Origin: Balanoglossus misakiensis
Lineage: Eukaryota > Animalia > Hemichordata
Assembly: GCA_040954595.2 (NCBI GenBank)
Contig: CM082576.2
Span: 14,759,129-14,823,128 of the forward strand
Length of the DNA stretch: 64,000 nucleotides
Direction: 5' to 3'
The translations under genes were made by a program, and so were the position numbers. The notes under the pieces are model-generated. The model worked only from the letters and a program-made list of their open reading frames with translations. It was not told the DNA's origin and ran no database searches. Of the stretch, positions 1 through 13,600 are shown one piece after another; positions within the stretch are counted from its first letter, which is position 1, and the number at the start of each line of letters is the position of its first letter.

Positions 1-686
1 TAACCAAAATACAAGGTTTATTCAATGTTTAATACCCTCAGTGTGGTTGAAGAGTAGTGGCGACTAACCTTGAAAATTAGGAAGACAATGCTTCATTGAA
101 ATGCAAATAATTCACAAGAATGCTGGCATTTTACCAAACATGCAGCTTCTTTGATCACTTGAAATTTCATTGAAGCCAAGGTTTTGGTTATTGTAAAAGA
201 AAATGTAAATTAATCATGCCCCAGTTGCCCAATCTCTTGACTACAAAAGGAAACTGCCAAGCAATTGCTTTGTGCTCAGGTGCCAACTTTTTAAAGAATC
301 TGATTGAGATGTGTTTGGAACCTGCTCCGTGCAGACAAAATGGCAGGTGAGAGTGCTTTGACAAAAGCACAGCAAGACATACTTGCAAATTCTTTGTTCA
401 TTTCTCAATGAAAATATATGGGATACAAAAAATTAATATTTCGAGCCATCACTGCAACAGAAAATATAAGTGTAAGCTTAGTTGGTATAAGATTAACCAG
501 CCATGAAATACGCTGATGAGAAATCTTAAATGTGGAGTGCAATAAACTAAAATTCGTATTTTATATGTTCAAAAAAAAAGAAAACAATTAACAATAAAAG
601 CAGAAACAAAATTAAAACAAAACCATTATATACATTAATGTTCTCCTGTGTAATTCACACTCTATAACTTGAAAAAATCATTTCTG

Positions 687-716
687 TCATCATCATCATC
701 ATCATCATCATCATCA
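687..716. repeat. (CAT)n microsatellite downstream of DDHD1 stop
   Basis: About 10 tandem CAT units. Confidence 0.95.
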
Positions 717-844
717 ATGTTATTATGGTATACCTCGTTACATATATTATTATTCTGATTGTATACAATATTGTAACATATACATGTACCGTATACATCA
801 TCATCATTCATTCATATCATCATTATCAATTATAAATTACCCAC

Positions 845-877
<33 letters not shown>
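845..877. repeat. (CAT)n microsatellite
   Basis: About 11 tandem CAT units. Confidence 0.95.
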
Positions 878-1637
878 AGTGTTTGTTTACATCTGTGGTA
901 AACACAGTTCCCTGTGCAACTTCATGGATGCAGAATATAGCTTTAGCAATTCTATCTAACTTATTAAAAGCAGTCGTGGGTGAGTATTTAATAATTTAAG
1001 ATTTAAATATATGTACATCTGCGATGTTCCTATGCGTTACAGCCATCCTTAGATTCCTGTTTGGTAAAAATGCAACCACCATTATCTGTATCATTTTGAA
1101 ATTGACAACCATATATACAGACAACATCCATTTATACCTACCAGTTAATGGTTAATGTAGTCGAATATCACACATCAAAAAGTATGCAACCAAAAAAACT
1201 CTAAGTACGTCTTGTAAATGAGAGTTGGAAATAAGTTATACCAACATTGAAAAAGCTGGTTAGTAAATGAATTTGAGACAGACAATAAAGTTTCAGGCAT
1301 TTCGCGACAAAAATGACACATGGCTACTCTATGGCTCAGATCTGCTTATACTGAACTAAAACAATGTACTCCATACAGTTTATGCAAAAAAGATGTCAAT
1401 TACTTGACTATGAAAAGAGTGCAATAATTTTACCCATCACATTACAGACATAGAACGTACGTGTCAAAAGGACCAAAATACAAGCCTCTTCAAGTTTTCT
1501 AAAAGTCTAATTTCTACATGTATATACATATACTATAACGTCTTGTATGCTCCTTGTGCTGGCTGATCTTTATCTGGACGCTGCATGACCACCGATACAG
1601 CGACACAAACACAAAATACAAATGTTCGGTCATGTTG

Positions 1638-4600
1638 TCATGGCGATGTTTCAGATGTGACCATGTAGTCTGGAAATATATGAGCCAACATGAAGAGGAC
1701 AACATCACAGGACGTCCAGTAGGCGGTGTGAGATGTCACCGCTGACAGGTAGGCATTCTCCATGGTTCCTTCCCGTAGTTCGTAGTCTATTCGATATTCC
1801 AGCTCTGAAAACAAGATGGCGGTAACCATGAGTCAATAAATGAGGCACAAACAAAAACATCACTATTCAGTTATATACATGTGATAGGCATGCAAAGAAG
1901 TAGATAATATAGTATGAAAATTTATGTGGAGATTTTTTTCTCCAAAGCCAAAGGTTCTGTCACATTAATCTTTGCCCTAGGAATAGACCTCCATTTATCA
2001 GTACTGGACACAACACTGTAAAAGCATGGCTGTGTTAGAATCTGATATCAACTTTTAACAGCTGAGTATTTCTAACCACAGCTGCCACTCATAAAAGTTC
2101 AACTTTTTGGTGAAACGTACATGCTTTGACAAATTGGAGACAGTGTAGTGGCTTTTATTGGAAATGCAGAACAATGGAACAGAAAGTGTCAGTTGGTGTG
2201 AGAAATAGCAAGTGTTGACAGAAATGTGAGTTTTGCAGTGAAATAGCATTCTCAGAAATACATGATATAATCGAACAGAACAACAGCTGTCAATGAACAG
2301 GGTATGTGCTTCTAAAACAAGCACGTATTTAGGTCACTGTTTTATTTGAACTACTTTGCATTCGTATCAAGCTAGCTGGTTTCATGTCATAAGCGTCTTT
2401 CTGCTTTTCTTTAAGGTCGGTTTTCAGATCATAAATCTTCAATGTCACAAAGAAGAATACATTTCAAAGTGGTTGAAACAATTGGTTCATTGTTATTTTT
2501 TGGCTAGTATCTTTGGCACAAATCATTTATTTTACCCCTATTCTCAAAATGGCTGTTGCTTTATCCAAACAGGTTTCGCTGGATTAATTTTATTCTGAAA
2601 CACTAGTATTAACCAGTCTCAACAAATTCTGTTTCAACAAATTTGCATGTCATAGAAGCGTTTTATAAAATTGTTCTTGAGGGCTCACTTTCCAAATGGC
2701 CTTTCACCTGTGCTGCGCTAAACATTTTTTATACATGGCCACTGAGGGCACACTTCATAATTCTTGCACAGTGATGCTTTTTTGCTATTGCAAATGATTA
2801 CTATTCACTCTGACATGGTTATAAATTTCAGATCAGGATATTTGACTAGCTGATGTTGTTCCATTGACAATCATGTGTTCCATAAAATCACAATCAGAAG
2901 TTCAGAGAGAGAAACTGACAGAAATATTGTCACCCTTGGAAATGTCATATCCCTTCAAGATAAACTACCACAGCTTGAGATTAATGCATAAATCCTTGAG
3001 ATAAATTCTAACACTGACATTGCAATCCAGTGAAATGGATGGTTGTATTTTGAGAAACTTTAAAGATTGATTCAATATCATTGAGTAAGACGTTAGACCC
3101 TGTGGAGACACATTGGGATTTATGGCATATTGTAGCCCTTTGACGCAGATAATGAATAGTATAGCCTTTCCAACCACCTTAAGAAGTAAGTAATGTTAGT
3201 GGCAAGTGAATTAGTTACAGAAGACATAATTGCAGCTGAAATTACCTTTATACAAATGAGCATCCTTGAATATTGAGACTATGACATGGATATGCAAATA
3301 AGGAAAGAAACAAAAAAATATAGCATGCAGGTATAAATATATGCATTCAACTCAGGTCAGCAAAAATAAATAAACAAAGCGAAGTCACATAACATCGTTA
3401 TTTCACAAAATGACAATCTTTGTTGAACAATTTAAACAATTACCAGTTTTAACCGTACTGCATAAATGCAGGCTATTAAATGTTACTGCCAGCAAATAAA
3501 ATTGGTATTTTTCACTGGTGATATGCAAATGAGACAGAATTGAAAGTACCAGTATATCAAAATAACTCAGCTACAGTTTTTTGTGTGTGTACTGGCATAC
3601 ATTGGAATATCTCCAATAATTAATTTTACTGTCATGTAACCCTTAAACTTTAAACTGCTACACTTGTTTGTTTAAGAACTCAACAAATATTCAGAATATA
3701 GCGGGATTTGTATTGAAACTTGGAAGAAAAATATAGCTGTTAAATTCTGCAAACTGATTTCTTTTCAAATAAAGATATGTAATTGCTACCTTTACATGTA
3801 TCATTTCTGGATGGATTTACACAAAATTCAAGTAAAATAGACAAAAACTTATTTTACTAAAAAATGAATTGTTTTCAAAAAACAAAACCATATGATAAAA
3901 TGGCAAAAATATCATTCTATGAAAATTGCAGTCATAACGAGAAATCCTTTGAATTACATTAACCTATTCACCACCATGGTTTAGTCCAACTCTATTATTT
4001 CAATAGCAATGCTGGACATTTATACAGGAAATGGGGTGAAAAGATAAAATGCATGGCTATTTACATGCCGTTAGTGCAAATATTAATGATGACCAATTTC
4101 ACACACTCAATCAATCGAAATTGAACATCACACAACATCAAATCACATATGTAAAATAATGGGCGTCTCATCTGTTCATAGACCAGATGTGAAAAAAATG
4201 TCACCGTATTTATAATTCTCTGATATTTGGCTAGTTTAGTATACAGATAGCAAATGTGGGTTATCACTGCAGCAAGGATTGCGTTTTCTTGTTTTGTACG
4301 TTTCTTTTTTTTAATTAGGAAAAGTTATCGAATAAGGTAGATTGTAATCTGTGTTTATAGATTATGAAGAAAATCCTGACAACTACATTCTTAACTTTTC
4401 TTACATTTGAAGCATGAATGAAACCAAAATGTGATGCTACTGGGAACGCAAACTGAGATTCACACGTTCGTCTCAGGGTTCAAACAAACATCATCACTAA
4501 AAGCCTCAATTAATTCTAATGGAAGAAGAGGACACTACGGCCATGTACTTACCCACACTTTCATGGTTGACTGGAATACCTTTCTCGTTCTGTGTCTCTT

Positions 4601-7600
4601 TCTCATCCTTAGCGGCAATTTCTTTCATACTTTCAAAAACCTGCATTTGTGGATTGGTCTCCACACTGTCAGACTTTTTGGACCATTTACTCCAAAAACC
4701 TACAAAAAAAAGACATGTCATTGTGTATTAAGTCAACAAACTGTGTTTATTTTTTTTTCACAATATTTATGACAAAACACTGCAAAGCAGCTCATAATTA
4801 CTTAACAGAGAAAGAATGGTGCAAAAATGAAATAATTACACTACAGGAATATAAATAATTTATTCAATAGCATAACAAGAAAATGACTTCATTTTAAAGG
4901 TTTTTTGGGTGGCTCTAAAATAGTCATTTGAGTGAAATAAACCGGTGATCTGTTTAAGTCCTAAAATATTTACCAATTTTGCAATAAAATAGATATGAGT
5001 ATTTCCAAATGCTTCATTTCACATTCCATCGTAATATGCATGTCAGAACAGACATATGATCTTAACAGTCAATTTATGGGAAAATTATGATTGGTTGATT
5101 GCCAATAAATGATAGGAATTTGAACATTTCAAAATAACGACACGTCATATTGCATATTCTGAGAATGGAAATTTGTTTTTTTTTACTTTAATGAGACCAT
5201 CAGTTGCCATATATGCAGTACAACTACTGTTTATTCAGATGTATTTGGTAGGAAATGCAAATTGCTTCTCTATTAGAGATTGCAGATATGCTGAAAGCAG
5301 CTGAAACACATTATTGATTCTGATCACAGATTTGTGACTAAAAACAGGTGAAAGCTACAATATGGCTACTCTGTGAAAAAATAATTGATTAATGGTTAAA
5401 TAAAATCAACACCCTTTTCCTAGAAAAGAGGTCACATCAAATGTACTGGAAAATAAAATTAAAAATAAGACACAGATAAATCATATTGCTCAAACTGCGA
5501 ACTGACAAATGACGTCCTACTCAAAGCAAAAACACTCTGAAGACAGTCTACATGTGTATCTTGCATGTTATTTGCTGTGAGATATGTTGTGCTCTATTAA
5601 AGAAGCCATCATATGACTAGAGTGATTTCTCTTATACCAATACTGCCTGGTTTCCTGAGATGGCATGCAGAACACTCATTTACACTTACATTATCCTAAT
5701 TAACTCAGTCTGGCTATTTATTTATGAAAAAGTGCCACTATTTGGAAACAGATTCTTGGTATAAAGTCACTCTTATTTAAACTTCTCTGAAAATGCCCAC
5801 GGTTTTACACTATGTTGTACAATTCACAATAATTATAAGGGGAATGTAGTGACCTTGGCAAATAGACCAAACAGTAGAGGCTTAACCTATTTCACAAAGA
5901 GGAATGTCGCTTTCCAAGGACTGCATGTGGTTAAAAATGAAAGATCAATTCTCTGTGCTGAGATATATATTTTAACCAGCCAATAGTACTAGTTAGCTCA
6001 CATCACAGGTTCCTGCAGGAGGTCAGAGTTGACAAAGAGTGGTGGACAATGATGCTTCAAAGCATAAATTGCATGCAGCGACAGATAGATACTAAAACGA
6101 CACGACACCAGAACACATGACCACATCTACATCACAACAATGTGTGTTAGAGGTCTACCTGTCAGAGATGCAGAAATACTGGAAGACATTTCATCATAGA
6201 CAGACGTGAGTATCGGATAAGACGAGATTGTCCGCAGTGGACTGCCCTGATGAGAAAAGCTGTGACTGGGGGATCGCTGTGGGCTGCGCTGTGGGCTGTT
6301 GTCATGGCTACCAGTGGCATGTGGGGTGGAGTTGGCGATGGAAGCGCTAGTGGTGTAAGTACTGATTGCGGCGTTGCAGCCAGCAGTGGGTGAGACACTG
6401 CCAGCCTCGCTACATGTAGGTGACACGCTATGATCAATATCACAGAGCTCCGTTTGCAAATTGTCTTCTTGGTCGGAACTGATCTCTTCTGCTGCTCAAG
6501 TCATGGGAAGCCAAAGTGAAGCAGAAATTGGGATAGAGAAGAAATCAGGCGAGAGAAATGGGATGTTAAACAGGTCAGTCAGGAAGAGACAGAAGATAGT
6601 TTCTTGGGTGAAGTGTGAAAATGGTCTAAATTCGGGTCTGGCATTGGCACTGGCAGCCACACGCCCCTTTGAAACGTTACCCTTAGGTTGTAGATATCGT
6701 TGCCTCAACTGTGTTCTATTTAAGCGGCATGGTTTTTGTTCGATAATTTTTAATTTGACTGTTATCCTAATTATTTCAGAGGAATCCGCTTGCAATTATC
6801 TATCCTCCCTCCCCCCCCAAATTGCTTGTGTTTTTCGGAACAGAAGTTTTATATTGGTATAATCTCCAACACGGAGGTAGAATTGAATCTCTTACCAGGG
6901 ATATTCTCTGCCAACATGCAGACACAAGTCAGAAGAATCGAGTTATCAATTTGCAAAATGCACTGAGTTTCATCAGACATTCATCACTCACAGTTATCAG
7001 AAGTAAAACTTTTGAGATTTACAAAAATGAAAACCTTGCAGAAAATCCCTTCCTACCTGGCTTGCTCTGTTTCTTCTCCGGCTCAACCATCTCTTTCATG
7101 TCAACCATTTCAAACTGTGACCCCTTGGCGGCCTGCATCTCTTTCGGTTTGTCTTTGGCCGACGGATACGCCATCATCGTCATCTCAGTGTATCTTTTCT
7201 GTTTACCCGAGTCGCTCGAGTTGATCTTCAAAGGCATTATGGTGGAGTAATGTTTTATCAAAAGGGGCTCTATCCTGTAGGCCTGTTGTAAAATCCATCA
7301 AAAGAGAAACTTGTAAATCTCATTGATAGACATTATTTTAAAATCAATTCATATATTCAATTTCAAACTTTCAAAAATACATTGTTTGGATTGGAGACAT
7401 GTCAGACACAATAATTAAATTACTTTGAAATGCTACATCCATAGAGCAAAATTTGCATAACAGAGTGAATTATTCTGAATTGTGGCCACAAGTTAACACT
7501 TTTTACTTCACTCAGTTTACAATTATACTTTAACAATGGTATCACATCTTTTGACCATCGCAGTAAAGATGACACCAAGAAAACGATGTCCGATGACACC

Positions 7601-10600
7601 AAGAAAGTCGTGAATCTCATATTGCTATTGTTTTTATTTGTGTCTTGACAACCGTGCACTTACTAGTAAATGATGTTTATAAAGAGTATTTTCATGACTC
7701 ACCACAGGGTCTGCTGGATGGTAAATGTTGAACAATCTCTTGCACTGAGACTTCGGTAAAATGACATCTTGTTTGCCTTTCCCATGGGGACGTACACCTC
7801 TCATGGAAAGAAACACTGCCAGTGGTGATCCAAGACAAAACATGTTTTCAACCTGCAAGGGTAAAAAAGATGAGGATGTCAAGGATTGAGTGCAAGCCTC
7901 TTATGATTTAAATGGCTCCAAAACTCAAATCCAGGAAGACTGCAGCTTCAGACAGCTAGTCAGCACACGTACGCTTACTGTAAGCAAGGGTGACACACAC
8001 GCCAATCTTAAATTGAGTCTCTTGGCCAAAATTACAACTTTAACAGTGGTGCACAGTGATAGAGAAAGTAGCAGTAATAGATATTTTTCAGTATTTTTTG
8101 TTCAGCATTGCAACTACACTTTTCTTCTTTGACTCCGTAAAGCATAATGAAACAACCAGTATTAAACACAACTTGTATATAATGTGCAATGTTACAGGTA
8201 TAATCAAGAACTGCATTGAAGTCTGGTGAAAAATTCAATTTTCAAAATAAAAAGGCAGTCTTTTTCACATACAATAAATAGTAGCATGCAGACATTCTAA
8301 TGCTTTATGTAAACTGTACCATAGTTAGTCTTACTTTAAAAATGAGGTTCGGCATCTTGGCAACAGCTGCCACTTGATTTTTACTCAGCAGCTGGCTCTC
8401 AAGTTCTTCAACCCTGTCAAGTGGATAAAATGTCCGAGTTAATCACTTTCGATAGTTTTGATGCCGATGTGACGATCGATCTCTGTTATTCTACAACTAT
8501 TAATGGGTTAGCTATGATGACACTACATATAAACTACAAAGAAGACAGATAGTTATAGCTCATTTACATAATTCGCTTGCTGGCAAGCTAACGAAAAGGC
8601 TTTTGGAAACCTAATTTTTCCTCAATAAAACTCAAGCAAAACAGACAGTCAAATTATAGGTATACAGTCACCTATGGAAAATTAGCTATAGTTACCATAG
8701 CAAATTGAGATCTAGCCAATCACAGATTTTCAGTGGGTGGCACACGCGAAAAAAAACAGCGCCACCATATGTTCTTTCGACGCTCAAATACGCCATATCA
8801 GTCATATACGGGCGTATGTAAATTGGAGGTGACTGTATACCTTTAATATTGGAAACTTAATTTTTTTGGTTTCCAAAATACATTTTGGACAGATGTTGGA
8901 AAGCTCATGGAAGGTTTCAAGTTTGATAAGGGATCATTACCTTTGTCTCTGATTTCTCAACTCTTGCGCCAACTCTTCATTCTCCGCATCCACTTCATCT
9001 AAATCCGGATGATTGCCTTGTTCGTGGCATAAGTACTGATCGTACAAGTGTATGGGGTTCCAGCCTGTCAGAATGTCATAGGTGATCACACTGCCCAGTG
9101 AATGAGAGATCACGGAAACCTTGCCATCGTTCGCTTCAAAGCCAGGATTACGATCACAGAACATCTTGTAAAGTCGGTTCAGCTCAGACTGTAATCCTCT
9201 TACGATCTGAAAGCAGGGGGGAAAATATGCATTGATGAAAAATTATCTTTTATGACTTCCAAAAAGATTTAGTACAAAGGCTTGTAATCCTATTCTGTTG
9301 TGATGTGATTAAGTCCACAATTATCCTTAACCACATGTGAATACCTTGCATTACATTTTCTCCATCAATAATTGTACCAAATTCTGTCTAATCTGGACAT
9401 GTCTAGACTGCACATGTACAATTGTACGTACCTATCCACTAGTCCGTCACACAGTCAATACTAAGAAATTTTTTGAAAATTGAACAAATTTCTCAGTTAC
9501 CTTGGTACATGTATCTGGTTTTGTTTTGTTTTTGAAATGGAATTGTCGTAAAAAAAAAATTGCAGAAATGACTAACGTACATATACTGGCTATGGACGTC
9601 TATAGATTTCTACATAGGTTTTGACATTGTTTCTATTAAGTTCTACAGACATGTCAAAATCAGTAAAAATCTTAAAAACTTTACGGTACGTTTTTGTAAG
9701 GTTCATTTTATACAAAATAATTACACCTCACCTCAGACCTGTACAAAGGACTTGTATAATACATAATATCCATTGCACTTGAATTAAGAACAGCTCGAAG
9801 CCCTCTCAGTCTGTGTGGAGTGATGGCCTCCACCATATCACCGTCCAATTTGAGATCAGATCTCCATTCACAAGGTAGGAACTCTACTCTCTTTGTAGAC
9901 GTGTGGCTGATCAGACCAGGGAGATGTTTGTTTATCATTCGAATCGCTGATAATCTTAAACTGGAAATAGAAGTCAATATCATCAAGGTTATAGTCTCCA
10001 ATGGCTGTCTTATTACTGATAGTAATTAACTCATAACAGCAGGAAATTTCAAAATGAATCATGCTCTCATTCTGATATAACTATAAAATGAATGAACAAA
10101 TGAACGAATTATGAATAGACACCAAAATATCTGTCTTGGCAGACACGCTACGACCATCCCTCTCGCAAGAAAATGCTTTCAGACTCACGGTTTCACTGAT
10201 AACACAAAGGCTTAAAAAAGTTTGAAGGGCAAATGTCAACCTTTAAAAATAATGGCAATATAATGTGGTGATAACTAACTTACTCAGAGCAACTTTTAAT
10301 GATACTGCTGGAATCCATTTTCTGGCCAATGCCGTGTACAACGAAGACAAGATGTGATATGGGTGGTGGTTTATCATCCAAGGAGGCTTCTAAACAGTAA
10401 CCGCGGCTCAACTTCGAACCACTGGATGACGCTAAAATTGATCAACAACATCAAAGTATGTATTCAATATTTAATATTTTAATTTGAAAATAATTTTAGC
10501 TTTTTAATAATAAAGCAATTATACAGAATTTTGTCACTGACTGCATGGGTACTGGGCATGTAATATGCAGACGAAGAAATAATTTTTCAATTGCAAACAG

Positions 10601-13600
10601 CGAAATTTGTACTGATGTATTTTAAACTGGCCAGTTCAGCAACGCATGAAAACCTGATTATTATAGAGTATTAATATACACTGAATTTTATGAAATAAAA
10701 ATATCTATAACCTGTAAAAAAATACACAGGAAGTGACAGATGGATGCTGGATGTCCTTCTAAGAAAAATACTTTTCCTGAAAAAACGCAACTTTGAGATG
10801 CAGAAGTATTTAAGATTCCTACTGCTGGCAGAATTCAATGACGCATATGAAAGCTAATGGTGGCGCACGTTAGCTGTTTAATTTTACGAGTAATGATCAA
10901 ACGATCTGTGCACAAAACTCTGATCTACATTATTAAAACATTGTGGTTTGATCTAAAATGGTAATATGAAAGTAACATTTATATCAAAAGATTCTGTGTG
11001 AAAATAATTCGTGAATGATTATCAAAATTACAATTTATAAACAGAGCCTTTTTATACAGTGGCAACACTAAAATAGCAGTAAATGACTTCAGGAAAACGG
11101 CTATTAAAACTCTAGACAGTCCATTATCTCAGTAACAAATGGTGACGGAGTAGATTATAATTAACTCATTTAACAAATTGAATTTATTAGTACATTCTAG
11201 GATATATGACTGAGATATGCAAATCTACCTGGGTTTGAGGAGGATGGTATATTGTAACAGCTGACTGACGGCAAAACAACAGTTATTTTTAAAACATGAA
11301 GATAGTCAAGGTAACAAATTTCAAAATGTCATTTTTACTTCTTTTGCAAATATCTCAATTAATATGACAGCCAATTTTATAATCGTTACTCAGTTCATCA
11401 ACACCTATGCTATAAAAATAAACACCAATCAGACACAATGCATTGCGGCAGTAGATGATATGTCAAATTTAACCCTATTTTCAAGGATATATGGTTAAAG
11501 GGGTATAGAGGACTACATGTATGCAGAAGATAACAACTGACCTTCTAAAATTGTGGCTGAAAATTGAGAAGGCAATTTTATTCAGGGTGTTTCTTTTATG
11601 ATCTGAAGAGGGGACAATTTTGGGATGAAAATATGAACCATGCAAGGAAATTCATATAATTTTTTAAACAGGTTACAAAAAAATGGCTGCCATGAAAGGT
11701 TGCACATATTTTTCAAAAGATGAGCAAAAGGAATACATTTACATTTAACAGGTATATCCTCTTGGAAAAACAGGAACCACCAGCATCTAGTGAGCATCAT
11801 ACATGTACACATATTACAAACTAAACCAGTAAGCTCATGCAGGGCTATTTGTGTGCAATTCTAATCATGATTTTTTTTACAACACATTCACATATGCTGG
11901 GACTTCTCTTGGGATTGCTGATGGCAATTCTTAAAACCACTAGGTACTTTGTGTGAAAAATACTGCACACAACAAAACGTGGTTTTCAGTCAGAGATTTA
12001 TAACAAAACTGAAAACAGATCCCGCAAAGTTACGCCACAAGGGGCCGTCTTTTCAAAAATCTTGGAAAAACCTTATACAATTCTACTGGAACATAACACA
12101 GAAAGATTACCATGGCAATCCTTTCTTGCTGAAGCAAATATAATTATGTCACAATTTCCACATTGGTTCTGGATGAGCAAATTTTGTTCCATCAGTAATT
12201 GAGGTCAATTTATACAGCTATTTGGGGACTACTGGGCCAGAAAGTTCTATGCAACACTGCGCAAGTTGTAACACTGAAATTAATTATCCATACATTGACT
12301 TTATGTACGGTATAATATTAAATTAACCAGTTTGATGGATATTTAATGCGATTGTTATGTTATTGGCTGGATTGATATTTTTCAATTGAGTGGATTGACT
12401 CTCGACAATCTAATTCCAAGTCTTTGGTTGCAAATGAAGAATATCCCTATTATGCATTTAACAATATTATTACAATATTACATATCTAATAAATTAAGCA
12501 TAGAATTGACAATGAGTTCCCATCACTTTCCTTGGCAACTTTGTTTTATAGTATGGTATATAAGACAGCAGTAAAATCTCACATTGCGAATGAGACAGAA
12601 TAAGTAATGACAGAAATCAGTCTATGACATATCTCTCTGTCTCCAGCTTAAAAAGGCAAAGAACATGATCACTCATCCTCTTCATCAGCAATTTCAGATG
12701 CTTCCATTAGAAAGGCATTACTGGTTGCAAGGAAATTTTCAGAAATGTCATTCCTTTCAACAACTCTGTATATTTTACACTGTCTGTAACTCATTTTAGC
12801 TTGTGACTCATTTTAAGTTGGTTTTTAACTATTGACATTATTTAACATATAGATTTGTAATAGGCGTTTGTGTATGTTTACCGGTAATAATAAAGCTTAA
12901 GTAATTAAGCTTAAGTTAAATTTTTGCACCATGGCAGAGAGAGAAAAAAGTATTTGAATTTGATTGATTGATTTGTATTCTGATTGCAAAATTTGATAAA
13001 ATGTAGCAGGAATGTAGTAAAAAGTAAAGTACAGCATGTGTCACCTAGACAGGAGAAACGTGATACAAACTTCAACTCAAAAATCATTCAAATGTTAATG
13101 TAGTATACAGGAACTATAGTGGTTCTGCAGCTATCAAATGCAATTACAATGTACTAATGACCTTTTGATTCAAAAACAAAATCCAATCATCTTCATAGAC
13201 TGGGCAGATGTTATTATTCTAGCAAAAATTAGAGTATGAAATTTCACGTATTCATAGAAATGAAAATGAAAGTAAGCTAGCGCAAAGGCAATCAGTCTGA
13301 TTAAAATCATATATAAGGTATGGCGACGTTTTTACTTGTGTGGTATTCTCTAGTTCTGTCGCCCACATTGTAAGGCGACAGCACAGAATACTGCTAAAAG
13401 ACGTCGCTGTCCCCTACATCTGATTTGAATCAAAGTCATCTCAATGGCAGATTGTTGGAATTTCTTACCTTTTGAGAATCCAATACTGGTGCCAATAGAT
13501 CTGGCTAATTTCGATCTGGTGGTGTCACTGTACAGAAAAACATCAGTGATGGTGTTCCAGTCGATATGACAATCCTTCATCTTCAAATTATGCAATACTG

